A stretch of DNA of 64,000 bases from Thermoanaerobaculales bacterium. Lineage in GTDB: Bacteria; Acidobacteriota; Thermoanaerobaculia; Thermoanaerobaculales; Sulfomarinibacteraceae. A program made the position numbers and the translations under genes. Shown here in pieces: positions 52,964 to 62,860 of this stretch (positions are counted from its first letter, which is position 1; each line of letters starts with the position of its first letter). The notes under the pieces were generated by a model. That model saw nothing but the letters and a program-made list of their open reading frames with translations, did no database searches and was not told the origin of the DNA. The DNA is taken from positions 10,452 to 74,451 of the forward strand of contig JARFRM010000224.1 in NCBI GenBank assembly GCA_029287235.1. Reading direction: 5' to 3'.

Positions 52964-55900
52964 ATGCAGCGTGAAATCGTCGGAGTCGTTGTACTCACGC
53001 TGGTTGCAGGGTTTGCCGGCGCGGCGCCCCGGGTGCTGGGTCCCGACGATCGTCCCATCGACCGCGCCGCAGTGGTCGCCCATGCCGACGCTTTCTGGGT
53101 CCGAAACGGCGCCAGTCTGCCGGTGCTGTTGACGCCCGATGCCGACGATCAGCTTCGCCTCCCCGACCTTCCAGTGGCCCGGCTGCTGGTCCTCGATGCG
53201 ACCACCGGACGACCGGTGCCCACAGGCCGCCTCAGATGGCCGGGCGCCGAGATCCCCGACAGCGTTTCGATGGTCAGCTGGAGGGCCAACGGCGGCCGGC
53301 TCGATCTCGGCTGTCTCGGCGGCGAAAAGGTGGAGTTCTCCGCCGATGGCTACCGGCCCCTGACCGTCACCCTGGAACCACAGAGTCGACGCACGACGAT
53401 CCTCCTCGAACCGCACGGCGATCTCGAAGTCTTGGTGCACCCCCCCCTGGCCGGCCGGTTGTGGATCGCCGCACGGGACGAGATCTCGACTCTTTCTCCA
53501 TTCTATTCGGCCGCGACGCAGCATGCGATCGGCGACGACGGTTCCATCGTGGTGCGCGACCTGGACGCGAAAACCGCCTACGACGGGGTACTGGTCGTTC
53601 CCGGAAGGACGCCGGTTGTCGGCCACATCATGGGACTGCCGAAGCGCCTCCAGCTCAGGCTCGATCCGGGTCATGCCATCACCGGTCGAGTGCTCGATCG
53701 CAGGGGCGCTCCGCTGGTCCGCGCTCGAGTCGAGGCCGTCGGCACCCTCGAAGACCTGGGCGGATTCCGCTACCGTCAACTCGGTTCGACCGATGCCGAG
53801 GGTCGATACACCGTCACCGGTCTCCTGGCCGGTGAGATCACGGTCAAGGCCTGTGCGCAGCGCCACGCCTGCGCCGAGACCACCATCGCGGTTGAAGACG
53901 GCAGCGTCCCGCGCGCCGATTTCAAGCTGGCGCCCGGTCATGATCTTCGGCTCGTGATCCAGAACGAGTACGGGAGGCCTGCTGCGGGCGCGATCGTGAT
54001 CGACACGGCGGCCTACCGCAAGTACGAGACCGATGACGAGGGTGTGCTCGTCTTCGAGGGAGTCGAGCCCGGCGACGAGCTCGAGCTCGAGATCTTCGGC
54101 GCCGGTCTCCGCCCGTGGCAGGGCCGCATCGACACAGATCAGCGCGAGGTCGTGCTGGCCATCGCCGCCGGCGGCGTCCTCGAGTGGCCCATTCTCACCG
54201 ACCGGGAGCTGGCGCAGGAGGACGTGGTCGCCACCTGGTCCAGACTCAACGGTCAGGGGCGAGAAGTCGCGGACGGTTTCGCCCACTGGGATGTCGAGGC
54301 GCGGGTCGTCCGTGCCGACGGGCTTGACGCCGGCAGCCACCGCCTCGAAGTCCGTCTACCCGGCGCCACCACCCTTCACAGCGAGCTGGCCGAGGTCGGC
54401 CTCGGCGAAGAGATCCAGTTGCCTGCAACGGTGCCCGAGAGGGGTTTGGCCATCGCCGGTCGAGTGCTCGACGGCACGACGATCCTTCCCGTTGCCGGGG
54501 CGCGGGTGAGCTGCGCACCGGGCTCGCCCCACCAATTCAGAAAACCACAGCACCTCGAGCGCCTGCAGACAACCATCACCGACGCCGACGGGATCTTCCT
54601 GCTCGAAGGGCTCGACCCGGGCAGCTGCCGAGCGGTCGTCCGCGCACCGGGATTCGCGAGCTGGCGCCGCGACGGTGTCGAACCCGACGAGGCTGGGGTC
54701 GATCTGGGCGACATCGAGCTCGACCACGGAATGACCGTGGTCGGCCGGGTCCTCGACCGGTCGAACCGGCCGCAGGCGGGGATCTCGGTGGAGATCACCG
54801 AGGATGCCGCCTACGCCTACTTTGCCGAGACAACCGTTCGGACCGACCACGACGGCTGGTTTCGATTCGAGAACCTGCCCGTCGGCAGCTGGGAACTCCG
54901 CGCCAGCCGCGGCGACCAGACCGCCCGCACCACGATCACAGGTCGGCGGGATGAAACCTCCTCCGTTGAGCTTCGGCTGGGCGGGCTCCGCCTCGAAGGC
55001 GAGGTCTGGATCGGCGATCGCCCGGCGTCGGGCGGACATCTGGTCCTCGCCACCGGTGGCGCCCGGGGCGACGGGGTGGTGGTCATGGTGCAGTCCGACG
55101 TCGAGCAACGTCGCTTCTTCGGGATCGACCGGTCACCCGTCTCCATCGCGGTCGCCGGCGACGGGCGATTCGCCAGTGACGGGATCTCCCCCGGGGTCTA
55201 CACGGCTTCCTACACCCCACCCGGCGCTGGTGGCGCTCCCGTCAGCCGGGAGTTGGTGATTCCACAGACCGAGCTTCACCGCTGCCTGATCCGGTTCTCG
55301 GACGCCGGGCTCGAAGGCATCGTGATCGACCCCGACGGGCTCCCGGTGGCCGGAGCGGCAATCGTCGTCCAAACACGCGACGGTCGCGCGGTGGCCAACG
55401 GATTCAGCGATGGTGAGGGTGCCTTTGCCTTCATCGGGTTGGACGCCGGGGCCGTTCGTGTCGGGGCGATCCACAGCGGGTTCGGAGACGCCAGCCCCTT
55501 GGATGTTGAGCTTCGGGCCGGCGATCGTGTCGGACCGGTCACCCTCGAGCTGCGAGCCCCCGACGGCGCAGAGGTCAAGCTGCAGGTCCGATCGGCTGCG
55601 GGATCATTGTCCGGCGCGCCGGTCTATCTGGTCGGCGCCGAGACCATGACCAACTTCACCGATGGCCAGGGAATCGCCGGTTTCACGGGCGTCGAACCCG
55701 GCCGTTACCGGCCGTGCGCAGCGGCCTATGGCGGTGCGGCCGGATGCGGGCCCGAAATCGCGCTCGGCGACGGCGATCAACGAGAGCTGGTCCTCGATCT
55801 CGGTAGGGGCGGCCACGTCGATGTTCTGGTCGGACCCATGGAACGGCCACCGGCGCTGCGGGTCCTGACCGCCGATGGCATTGATCTGACGAGTATGCTG

Positions 55901-56056
55901 ATGATGGTCAGTCCACCCATCCCGGGTCCCGAAGGCGTGCAGCTCGGCCCCCTCAAGACCGATGACTATCGGATCACCGTGGCCATGTCCGAAGGCCCCC
56001 GGCAGGGGACCATCGGCGCCATCGAGGGGGAGACGACGATCCTCGATCTGCGGTAG
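52964..56056 (+). CDS. Exported protein with tandem carboxypeptidase-regulatory-like beta-sandwich repeats
   Basis: Signal peptide; repeated I(T/A)GRVLD..G.P..GA.V....TD.DG.F...L..G motifs. Confidence 0.8.
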   Translation: MQREIVGVVVLTLVAGFAGAAPRVLGPDDRPIDRAAVVAHADAFWVRNGASLPVLLTPDADDQLRLPDLPVARLLVLDATTGRPVPTGRLRWPGAEIPDSVSMVSWRANGGRLDLGCLGGEKVEFSADGYRPLTVTLEPQSRRTTILLEPHGDLEVLVHPPLAGRLWIAARDEISTLSPFYSAATQHAIGDDGSIVVRDLDAKTAYDGVLVVPGRTPVVGHIMGLPKRLQLRLDPGHAITGRVLDRRGAPLVRARVEAVGTLEDLGGFRYRQLGSTDAEGRYTVTGLLAGEITVKACAQRHACAETTIAVEDGSVPRADFKLAPGHDLRLVIQNEYGRPAAGAIVIDTAAYRKYETDDEGVLVFEGVEPGDELELEIFGAGLRPWQGRIDTDQREVVLAIAAGGVLEWPILTDRELAQEDVVATWSRLNGQGREVADGFAHWDVEARVVRADGLDAGSHRLEVRLPGATTLHSELAEVGLGEEIQLPATVPERGLAIAGRVLDGTTILPVAGARVSCAPGSPHQFRKPQHLERLQTTITDADGIFLLEGLDPGSCRAVVRAPGFASWRRDGVEPDEAGVDLGDIELDHGMTVVGRVLDRSNRPQAGISVEITEDAAYAYFAETTVRTDHDGWFRFENLPVGSWELRASRGDQTARTTITGRRDETSSVELRLGGLRLEGEVWIGDRPASGGHLVLATGGARGDGVVVMVQSDVEQRRFFGIDRSPVSIAVAGDGRFASDGISPGVYTASYTPPGAGGAPVSRELVIPQTELHRCLIRFSDAGLEGIVIDPDGLPVAGAAIVVQTRDGRAVANGFSDGEGAFAFIGLDAGAVRVGAIHSGFGDASPLDVELRAGDRVGPVTLELRAPDGAEVKLQVRSAAGSLSGAPVYLVGAETMTNFTDGQGIAGFTGVEPGRYRPCAAAYGGAAGCGPEIALGDGDQRELVLDLGRGGHVDVLVGPMERPPALRVLTADGIDLTSMLMMVSPPIPGPEGVQLGPLKTDDYRITVAMSEGPRQGTIGAIEGETTILDLR

Positions 56057-56081
56057 CTCCGGTCGCTGTTTTTTGCGTCGA

Positions 56082-56133
56082 AACCACAAGAACACCACAG
56101 GATTGAACCGAGAAGACGCGAGGAACGCAAAGA
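56082..56133 (+). repeat. Two tandem copies of the periodic intergenic repeat
   Basis: AACCACAAGAACACCACAGG and AACCGAGAAGACGCGAGGAACGCAAAGA. Confidence 0.55.
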
Positions 56134-56229
56134 CCTCGCTTCTTCAACGCAGAGACATCGCAATTGAGAGTTGGCGGTGCAGAACGTCGAGGATCCCTGA
56201 CTTTATCGGAGGTCCGAAGTATCCACCGC

Positions 56230-58629
56230 CTACCTCCGGCGTCCTCCTCCGCCACGTGATCGGGCAGCGCCACCGCTGCTGCGGTTCATCTGCTGCGATC
56301 GTTGGCTGCCGCGTTGGCGGGCATTGTAATCCCGGCTCATGGAGCTGCCGCTGGAGTAGGACGGCTGGGTTGTCGGCCTGCTCGACCCGCCCGTCGACGG
56401 TCTGGTTGACGGCTGAACTCGGGAACCCGAGGAGAGATTTCCACCCGAGAGCTCCGGGGTACCCCCTGAAGGTCGGGTCGACGGTTGGGTCCCGGTTGAC
56501 GGTCTCGTCTGACCGCCACCCGTGGTCGGCCGGTTGATCTCACCCGTTGATGGACGGGTCGCCGGCTGGGTTCCCGCCGACGGACGGCTCCGATCGCCGG
56601 CCGAAGGCACGCCATCGGTCTTGGACCAACCGCCCCGGTCACGCCGGTCCCAGCTGCCGTCGTTGTTGCGGCGGAAGACGTCACCGTTGCGATCGGTGTA
56701 GACGTTGTTGGCTCGGTTGTTTGAGACCTTGGGCTGTTGGCTGGGTCGAGCCCGGTCCCGGGTCTGGGCAACCCGCCTGCTGTTGTCTGGACGGGCATAG
56801 ATATTGTTCCTGGTTGATGGCCGGGAATAATGCGAGGGACGGTTGCCGTGACGGTAGCCCGCCCGATACCCGGCGCGATAACCCGCGCGAAAACCTGCGC
56901 GGTGGTATGGATAGGGCCGGTACCTTCCCGGCCCCCACCAACCACCCCAACGACCATAGCGTCCCCACCCACCAAAACCGATGGTGAAACGGAAGGGCCC
57001 GTTGGAGTAGCTCAGACCAAAGCTCCAGCCGTACCACGGGTTCCAGCGGACGTGAAACCCCCAGGTGGCGGGACGAGGATAGTAGTAGTGGCCCCACCAC
57101 GGACGGTACCACCAGCCTGTGCCGTAGACCACACAGCCGTGCGAAACATAGCTGCCGGTGTAACCGGGTGTGTAGCCGACATAGACCACCTCGGGGGTGG
57201 ACTCGTAGATGTGGACGTGGGTGACGTTGTAGACCGGGCTCGAGGGTGGAATGGTGGAGATCTCGGCGGGAATCTCGGCGGCGACGGTCCACGGACCCTT
57301 CGGTGAAGGGGCGGAGTACCAGATGGCCTGATCGCAGGCCCAGTATTTGCCGTTGGCCAAAATCACCGATGATGCGGTGTTCACGGCGTAGGACATCTCG
57401 GTGTCCTCGATGGCCTCGAACTTGGGCTCGCCATCGTACTCGACGGCAAAGGAGGTGTCGGATCGGTCGACCGCCGCGGTCTGGGGGATCGACTGTTCGA
57501 GCACCGCTTCGCGGGCCTCGTCGGTGCCGGCCACATGGGCCCTCAGATAGCCGATATCGGAGTCCTCCGGGATCTCGCCGAATGTCTCGGTGAGCTCGTT
57601 GTTGGGCACGTGCTCCCACGGGCCATTCTCGAGATCCTTGGACCGGTACCAGCGGCCCGAGAGCAGGACATAGTAGTTCTGGCTGGAGACCTCGAAAACC
57701 ACGTCCGAGTCGGTGTTGCCGACATAGAGGATCTCGTTGCCCTGCAACGGCGCCATCTCGATGTTGCCGTCGATGAAGATGAGCTCGGCGGGCTCGGTGG
57801 AAACGATGATCTCGGGAACCCGTGAGTCGATGTCGTCGACGGAGACATCCTCGAGCTCCTCCGAGCGTTCCTGCTCCATCTCCTGTCGCTGTTTTTCCAG
57901 TTCGGTGTCGATCTTCTTGACGTCTCCCGGGAGCGACGTGGTGATCTTCCATGGACCCAGAATGTCACGGGCCGTGTACCAGCTCCGGTCGGAGGCGAGG
58001 AAGAAGTCGTAGTCGTTCTTGACGATCACATACGGAGAGTTGGCCACTCGCTGGAGATCGGAACCTTCGATGTCCTGGTAATCGGGCTGACCGTCGATGA
58101 GAATGAGGACCGCCGGTTCATAGCTGATGATGATCTTCGGCGGGTCGTGTTTGAGCCCCGCTGTGGACTGCTCCTCGTGCTCGGCCAGATCGAGTGAGGG
58201 AAGGATCTGGTCGAGTGGGATCTCGAGATTCCAGGTCGGGATCTCCCGCTCGAGGATCTCGGCGAGTCTCTGCTGTTGCTCCTCGGTGGCCTCCGGGAAT
58301 CGGACCGACGGCACCCGGATGTCGGTGAAGGTCACCATCCGGGTTTCGCGATCGGTTTCATACCGGGAGGTCAGCCAGACCGCGCCGAAGACCGGCGCCG
58401 CATCGGCGGTGACCTTGATGGAGACCGCGGCGCGGCTTTCGACCTCGTTGCCTCCCCAGCTGTCGAGCTGGGGTTGGTACATGGTGATGATGGCGTCGCC
58501 GCTCGAGATCTCACGCGGCCACTCCCAGCCCTCCTCGTCCTGGGCCCCGATCGGCAACGACCACAGAACCACAACCGCAAGAATCCACACAGGCACAACA
58601 TCGACAGTCCATTTCCCCGGTAGTGTCAT
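56230..58629 (-). CDS. Large exported hypothetical protein with aromatic-rich segment and disordered R/S/G/P tail
   Basis: Signal peptide, WPR...YQPQ N-terminus, GPW repeats, YTPGYTG..VVYGTGW, GYRAGYRA and RPST repeats. Confidence 0.75.
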   Translation of the reverse strand: MTLPGKWTVDVVPVWILAVVVLWSLPIGAQDEEGWEWPREISSGDAIITMYQPQLDSWGGNEVESRAAVSIKVTADAAPVFGAVWLTSRYETDRETRMVTFTDIRVPSVRFPEATEEQQQRLAEILEREIPTWNLEIPLDQILPSLDLAEHEEQSTAGLKHDPPKIIISYEPAVLILIDGQPDYQDIEGSDLQRVANSPYVIVKNDYDFFLASDRSWYTARDILGPWKITTSLPGDVKKIDTELEKQRQEMEQERSEELEDVSVDDIDSRVPEIIVSTEPAELIFIDGNIEMAPLQGNEILYVGNTDSDVVFEVSSQNYYVLLSGRWYRSKDLENGPWEHVPNNELTETFGEIPEDSDIGYLRAHVAGTDEAREAVLEQSIPQTAAVDRSDTSFAVEYDGEPKFEAIEDTEMSYAVNTASSVILANGKYWACDQAIWYSAPSPKGPWTVAAEIPAEISTIPPSSPVYNVTHVHIYESTPEVVYVGYTPGYTGSYVSHGCVVYGTGWWYRPWWGHYYYPRPATWGFHVRWNPWYGWSFGLSYSNGPFRFTIGFGGWGRYGRWGGWWGPGRYRPYPYHRAGFRAGYRAGYRAGYRHGNRPSHYSRPSTRNNIYARPDNSRRVAQTRDRARPSQQPKVSNNRANNVYTDRNGDVFRRNNDGSWDRRDRGGWSKTDGVPSAGDRSRPSAGTQPATRPSTGEINRPTTGGGQTRPSTGTQPSTRPSGGTPELSGGNLSSGSRVQPSTRPSTGGSSRPTTQPSYSSGSSMSRDYNARQRGSQRSQQMNRSSGGAARSRGGGGRRR

Positions 58630-58732
58630 CTCGGCTCCATTCGATGTACCGCAAGCCTACCATCTTCTTCGCCGCCGCGAGGTTCGGTGATGAGTTAGAA
58701 TGGGCCGATTCCGAGATCTGGAGGATCCAACG

Positions 58733-59203
58733 ATGAAGAAGATCGTTCTCACAGCTGTTGTGGCCGTCATGGCGGTCGCCCTTTCCAACCCGGTGGCGGC
58801 ACAGCAGGTGCGCGACCAGACCAAGCTCACCTACGATGTGCTGACTTCCGAGTGGACCAATCTCATCGGCGGTGTGCTCGAGCTCACCGACGAAGAAGCG
58901 ACAGCTTTCTGGCCGCTCTATGAGGAGTATGGAGAAAAGAAGGGAGAGCTCTGGAACCGGCGGATCGATGTTATCAAGATCTTCCTCGGCAGCTACAAGG
59001 ACATGTCGCCTGAGATGTCGCGCATCCTCCTCGATCAGAGCTTCAACATCGAAAAGCAGATGCTCGAGCTTGAGATGAAATACGCGGAGAAATTTGACGA
59101 CGTGCTTCCGCCCAACAAGGTCACCCGCCTTTTCCAGGCCGAAAAAAAGCTCGAGACCACGATGCAGATGGAGATCGCAAAGGACGTTCCCCTCGCCAAA
59201 TAG
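58733..59203 (+). CDS. Periplasmic helical protein (Spy/CpxP-like)
   Basis: GGAGG RBS, signal peptide, LELTDEEATAFWPLYEEY, VLPPNKV. Confidence 0.7.
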   Translation: MKKIVLTAVVAVMAVALSNPVAAQQVRDQTKLTYDVLTSEWTNLIGGVLELTDEEATAFWPLYEEYGEKKGELWNRRIDVIKIFLGSYKDMSPEMSRILLDQSFNIEKQMLELEMKYAEKFDDVLPPNKVTRLFQAEKKLETTMQMEIAKDVPLAK

Positions 59204-59256
59204 GTAACGTTACAGATCTCGCTGGAGATCCCGATCCGCACTCATCGAACGCACAG

Positions 59257-59283
59257 AGGGCAGGGCCCGAGCCCTGCCCTTGT
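59257..59283. terminator. Probable intrinsic terminator between convergent genes
   Basis: Perfect 10-bp stem AGGGCAGGGC-CCGA-GCCCTGCCCT; U-tract weak. Confidence 0.6.
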
Positions 59284-59321
59284 TCGTCGGGGTCATCGTC
59301 TCCGGCGGTTGTATTCGACCG

Positions 59322-59660
59322 CTAGGAAAATGAAGAGATGGCCATTTCCTCGTCGTCGAACATCTCGAAGACACCGACCAGCTGAGCCATGGTGATGAGC
59401 TTGCGCGCCTTCAAGTTGACGTGCAGCAGCTTGACATCGGCTTCCTTTTCGGATGCCGTCACCTTGCAGCGGATGAGCTCGCCGAGGCCGGATGAGTCGA
59501 TGACCTTGACCTTGTCGAGGTTGACCACGAGCTTGCGTTGACCGACATCGAGTTCGTCGACGAACGCGCCCCTGAGAACCACGTCTCCCTTGCCGATAGT
59601 GAGCTTGCCTTCGAGATCCAAGATCACGACATCGTCGATCTCTCGCCTTGTTATTTCCAT
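59322..59660 (-). CDS. STAS domain anti-sigma factor antagonist
   Basis: VILDLEGKL and IDSSGLGEL phosphorylatable Ser motif. Confidence 0.9.
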   Translation of the reverse strand: MEITRREIDDVVILDLEGKLTIGKGDVVLRGAFVDELDVGQRKLVVNLDKVKVIDSSGLGELIRCKVTASEKEADVKLLHVNLKARKLITMAQLVGVFEMFDDEEMAISSFS

Positions 59661-59750
59661 CTTTCACTCCCGAGGCTCGATCAGCGGGTCGGCCCGCGTC
59701 GAGCGTAGATTCGTCTGCATTATTGCACAGACAACCTCACGTCGCCCGGT

Positions 59751-60791
59751 TCAGGACCCGACCTCGCCCGATTCATCGTCATCGGGGGAACCGGTCGTCG
59801 GCGCCGATGATCCATCGCCCTCGACCTCAGTCGAATCGCCTGAAAGGCGCGCCGCAGCCCCGAGACCCACGGTCCGCAGGTGGAGATCCCGTTGGGGAAA
59901 GGGAATCTCGATCCCGTGTGCGGCCAGGGTGGTGTCGATCCCCACGCGGAGGTCGCTGGCGATTGCAACAAAATCGCCCCGAGTCCAAGCCCGGAGCTCG
60001 AAATCGAGCGAGCTGTCGCCGAAACCGGTGAAGATGGTCGTGGGCTCGGGATCCTCCAAAACCTCGCTGTGGGCCCTCGCCACTCCGGTCAGCAGCTCGA
60101 TGACCTTCTCGGCCGGGGTCCCGTAGGCCACCCCCACCGGGATCTCCATCCGCCGTCGATCATCGCTCAAGGTCCAGTTGATGAGATTCTCCGAGATCAG
60201 GGTAGCGTTGGGGACGATGACCTCGGCGCCCTGCCAGGTGCCGACCACCGTCGCCCGGATGCCGATGTCCGTGACCCGACCGGAAACGTCCCCGATCTGG
60301 ATCCTGTCACCGACGTTGATGGGCCGCCCGAAGAGCAGGATCAGACCGGAGACGAAATTGTTCACAGCATTCTGAAGACCGAAACCGATGCCCACGCCGA
60401 GGGCGCCGACGAGGATCGTCGCCCGGGAGAGATCGAGACCCGCCGCGCTGACGGCGATCACCACCCCAAGGGTCACGATGACATAGGTCGAGGTCTTGGA
60501 GATCGTCGCCGGAACTCCCTTGGGCAGATCGAGTCGCGGCAGAACGTCTTCGTCGAGGACAAAACTGGTGAACTGGGCAAGCTTGGTCGACAGCCAGATC
60601 ACGACGATGAAGATCACCACGCTCGAGACCGAGAGGGAGAAGTCCCCGAGAGAGTACTCGGCAAGGATGACCTTCTCGAAGGAGGTCTTCACCCGGTCGA
60701 AGATTCCAAAGTGTTCGAGCGTGTATCCGGCCCAGGTCAACACGGCGATGATCTTGATGAGCTTGACCTTTTTCCTCGCCAGTAGGTTAAC
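59751..60791 (-). pseudogene. 5'-truncated MscS/MscK-family mechanosensitive channel
   Basis: GIGFGLQN...NFVSGLILL, GDRI, VPN, VGVAYG, IPFPQRDLH; frame closed upstream by TGA at 60792-94 with no convincing start or RBS. Confidence 0.7.
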
Positions 60792-60907
60792 TCAAACGCG
60801 ACGGCACCATCGATCGGCTCTTCGCCCACTGGATCTTCGGCGAGGGTGCGATAGACACCAAGCCAAGGTGGTGCGTCATCCGCGACGTCCTCTAGTGGGT
60901 GGAGTGA
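60791..60907 (+). pseudogene. C-terminal remnant of a dicarboxylate/amino-acid symporter-solute-binding fusion protein
   Basis: Reads LKRDGTIDRLFAHWIFGEGAIDTKPRWCVIRDVL*WVE*, resembling that family's C-terminus (recognised from memory); TAA immediately upstream and an internal TAG. Confidence 0.55.
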
Positions 60908-61232
60908 CGCGGTGGCTTGGGGGCTTGAGGTCTCGAGTTCTTCGGGTCTCGAGCGTCGCAAGCCGATGTTGGGAAGGGGCGCCTTGCTGAAACTGACCCG
61001 CTTCGGACCCAAATATCGTCTAATGGGGCACTCGCGAGGCGCGCGATGAGAGATCCGGATTCAGAAGCGCGCTTCTGAACCTGGTTTCTTCAGCGGTGTA
61101 CCCGTGCGTTGCCAGACACCATATTGTCGGACAAAAAGAGAGCCAGGCACGCGCCGCCGCACGCACTCGGATCGTGTCCGGAGGCGGAAGGCGCGCAGCA
61201 GGCTTTGCCGGCGGCGGTGGACCGTATTGCAC

Positions 61233-62561
61233 TCATTCGGCCTTCGGCAGCGACCGGCTCAGAATGACGAACCCGAGAATCCCCGAGGTCAACGAGGCGA
61301 AAAGGATTCCGATCTTGGCGGCGGTGATGAGCGCCTCGTCGTTGAAGGCGAGATCGCTGACAAAGAGCGACATGGTGAAGCCGATTCCCGCGAGGCAACC
61401 GGCGCCCGCAACCTGGCCCCAGGTCACTCCCTCCGGCAACCGCCCTTTGCCGCTGCGAACCACCAACCAGCTCATGAGGGTGATCCCAAGGGGCTTGCCC
61501 AACACCAGCCCGGCGATGATTCCCAGCGCAAGTGGACTCGCCAGAACCACCGTCAGGTTGCCACCGAGCGCCACCCCGGCGTTAGCCAACGCGAAGAGCG
61601 GCAGAATGATCCAGACTTGGACCGGATGGAGCGCGTGCTCAAGCATGAGCCCCGCGGGAAGCGCGTCGCCCGCGCCGGTGTGGACGAACTCGAGGGCGTA
61701 AAGCTGCTCACGGTCGGTCACGACGCAGCTCGAGGACTCCTGCCGCAGCTTGAGTTTCTCGAGCACCTCCTCGGCATCCGAAACAAATCGTTTCGGGTTG
61801 GCCCTCGGCCGCACCGGGATCACCATGGCGAGGAGGATCCCGGCGATGGTGGCGTGCACACCCGAGGCGAAGACCGCGAGCCATACCGCGACCATTAGGA
61901 TCAAGACGATGCCCCGGCGCTTGACCCGCAACCGGACGACGGGGTAGAGAACGACCAGGAAGACCGCCGCAACGGCGAATGCGGCGATGTTGATCTGCTC
62001 GGTGTAGTAGAGCGCGATCACCGCCACCGCGCCCAGATCATCGGCAATGGCCAGGGCCGTGAGGAAGACCTTGAGCCCGAGGGGAACCCGTTTGCCGAAG
62101 ATCGCCAAGACACCGAGGGCAAAGGCGATGTCGGTGGCCATTGGAATGCCCCAGCCACGTGCGGCCTCACCACCATAGTTGAGGAAAACAAAGAACAGGG
62201 CCGGCACCACCATGCCGCCAAGGGCGGCCGCCACCGGAAGGCTTGCCTTGTCAAAGGAGGAGAGCTCGCCCACCACCAGCTCGCGTTTGACCTCGAGCCC
62301 GACGACAAAGAAGAAGATCACCATCAGACCGTCGTTGATCCAGTGGTGGAGCGAGAGCTTGAAGACCGAATCTCCCCAGCCGACCCCGATGTAGGTGTGG
62401 AGCAAATCGTTGTAGGTCCCGGCCCACGGCGAGTTGGCCCAGATCAGAGCGGTGATCGTGCACGCCAGCAACAGAATGCTGCCCGTAACCTCGGAGTGAA
62501 CGAACCACTCAAAGTAACCCACGAACGAGTTCCTGTTCGATCTGACTGACGAGCTTGCCAT
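61233..62561 (-). CDS. nhaA: Na+/H+ antiporter NhaA
   Basis: WINDGLM, GWGIPMATDIAFALG, LAIADDLGA, LFALANAG, GIGFTMSLF; GGAGG RBS. Confidence 0.95.
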   Translation of the reverse strand: MASSSVRSNRNSFVGYFEWFVHSEVTGSILLLACTITALIWANSPWAGTYNDLLHTYIGVGWGDSVFKLSLHHWINDGLMVIFFFVVGLEVKRELVVGELSSFDKASLPVAAALGGMVVPALFFVFLNYGGEAARGWGIPMATDIAFALGVLAIFGKRVPLGLKVFLTALAIADDLGAVAVIALYYTEQINIAAFAVAAVFLVVLYPVVRLRVKRRGIVLILMVAVWLAVFASGVHATIAGILLAMVIPVRPRANPKRFVSDAEEVLEKLKLRQESSSCVVTDREQLYALEFVHTGAGDALPAGLMLEHALHPVQVWIILPLFALANAGVALGGNLTVVLASPLALGIIAGLVLGKPLGITLMSWLVVRSGKGRLPEGVTWGQVAGAGCLAGIGFTMSLFVSDLAFNDEALITAAKIGILFASLTSGILGFVILSRSLPKAE

Positions 62562-62619
62562 CTTTCCTCCGCTCGGGCTGTTTCGATGAATGATACGCCA
62601 TCTAGGATCACCTCTCCCG

Positions 62620-62757
62620 CTTTGTGCTTGGTGTCTCCGTGGTTGCGACGTTTTGATGGAATCTGCGTGATCTGCGGGCAATATGCGATGGTGCGATGGG
62701 TCAATCCTGAGATGGCCATCGCGATGTTCTTGGCGACCTTTGCGCCTTTGCGGTGAA
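62620..62757 (-). repeat. Three same-strand copies of the periodic intergenic repeat
   Basis: Minus strand: CACCGCAAAGGCGCAAAGGTCGCCAAGA, CCCGCAGATCACGCAGAT, AACCACGGAGACACCAAGCACAAAG. Confidence 0.65.
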
Positions 62758-62860
62758 ACTGCGATGAGTGGATCTGTCGCTCAAATGGCCACGCATAAGA
62801 GCCGCAGTTTTGTTAGTCTGATTTTCCGCGGAGCCGGAATTCCGCCACGGAGGAAGCCAC

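Noticed and set aside
60893-60895. In-frame TAG as pyrrolysine or readthrough
   Set aside because: It lies in a start-less fragment and no pyl genes are present; ordinary decay is more likely.
62562-62860. Na+/Li+/fluoride riboswitch upstream of nhaA
   Set aside because: No consensus recognisable by eye; the region is occupied by periodic repeats. An Rfam scan would be needed.
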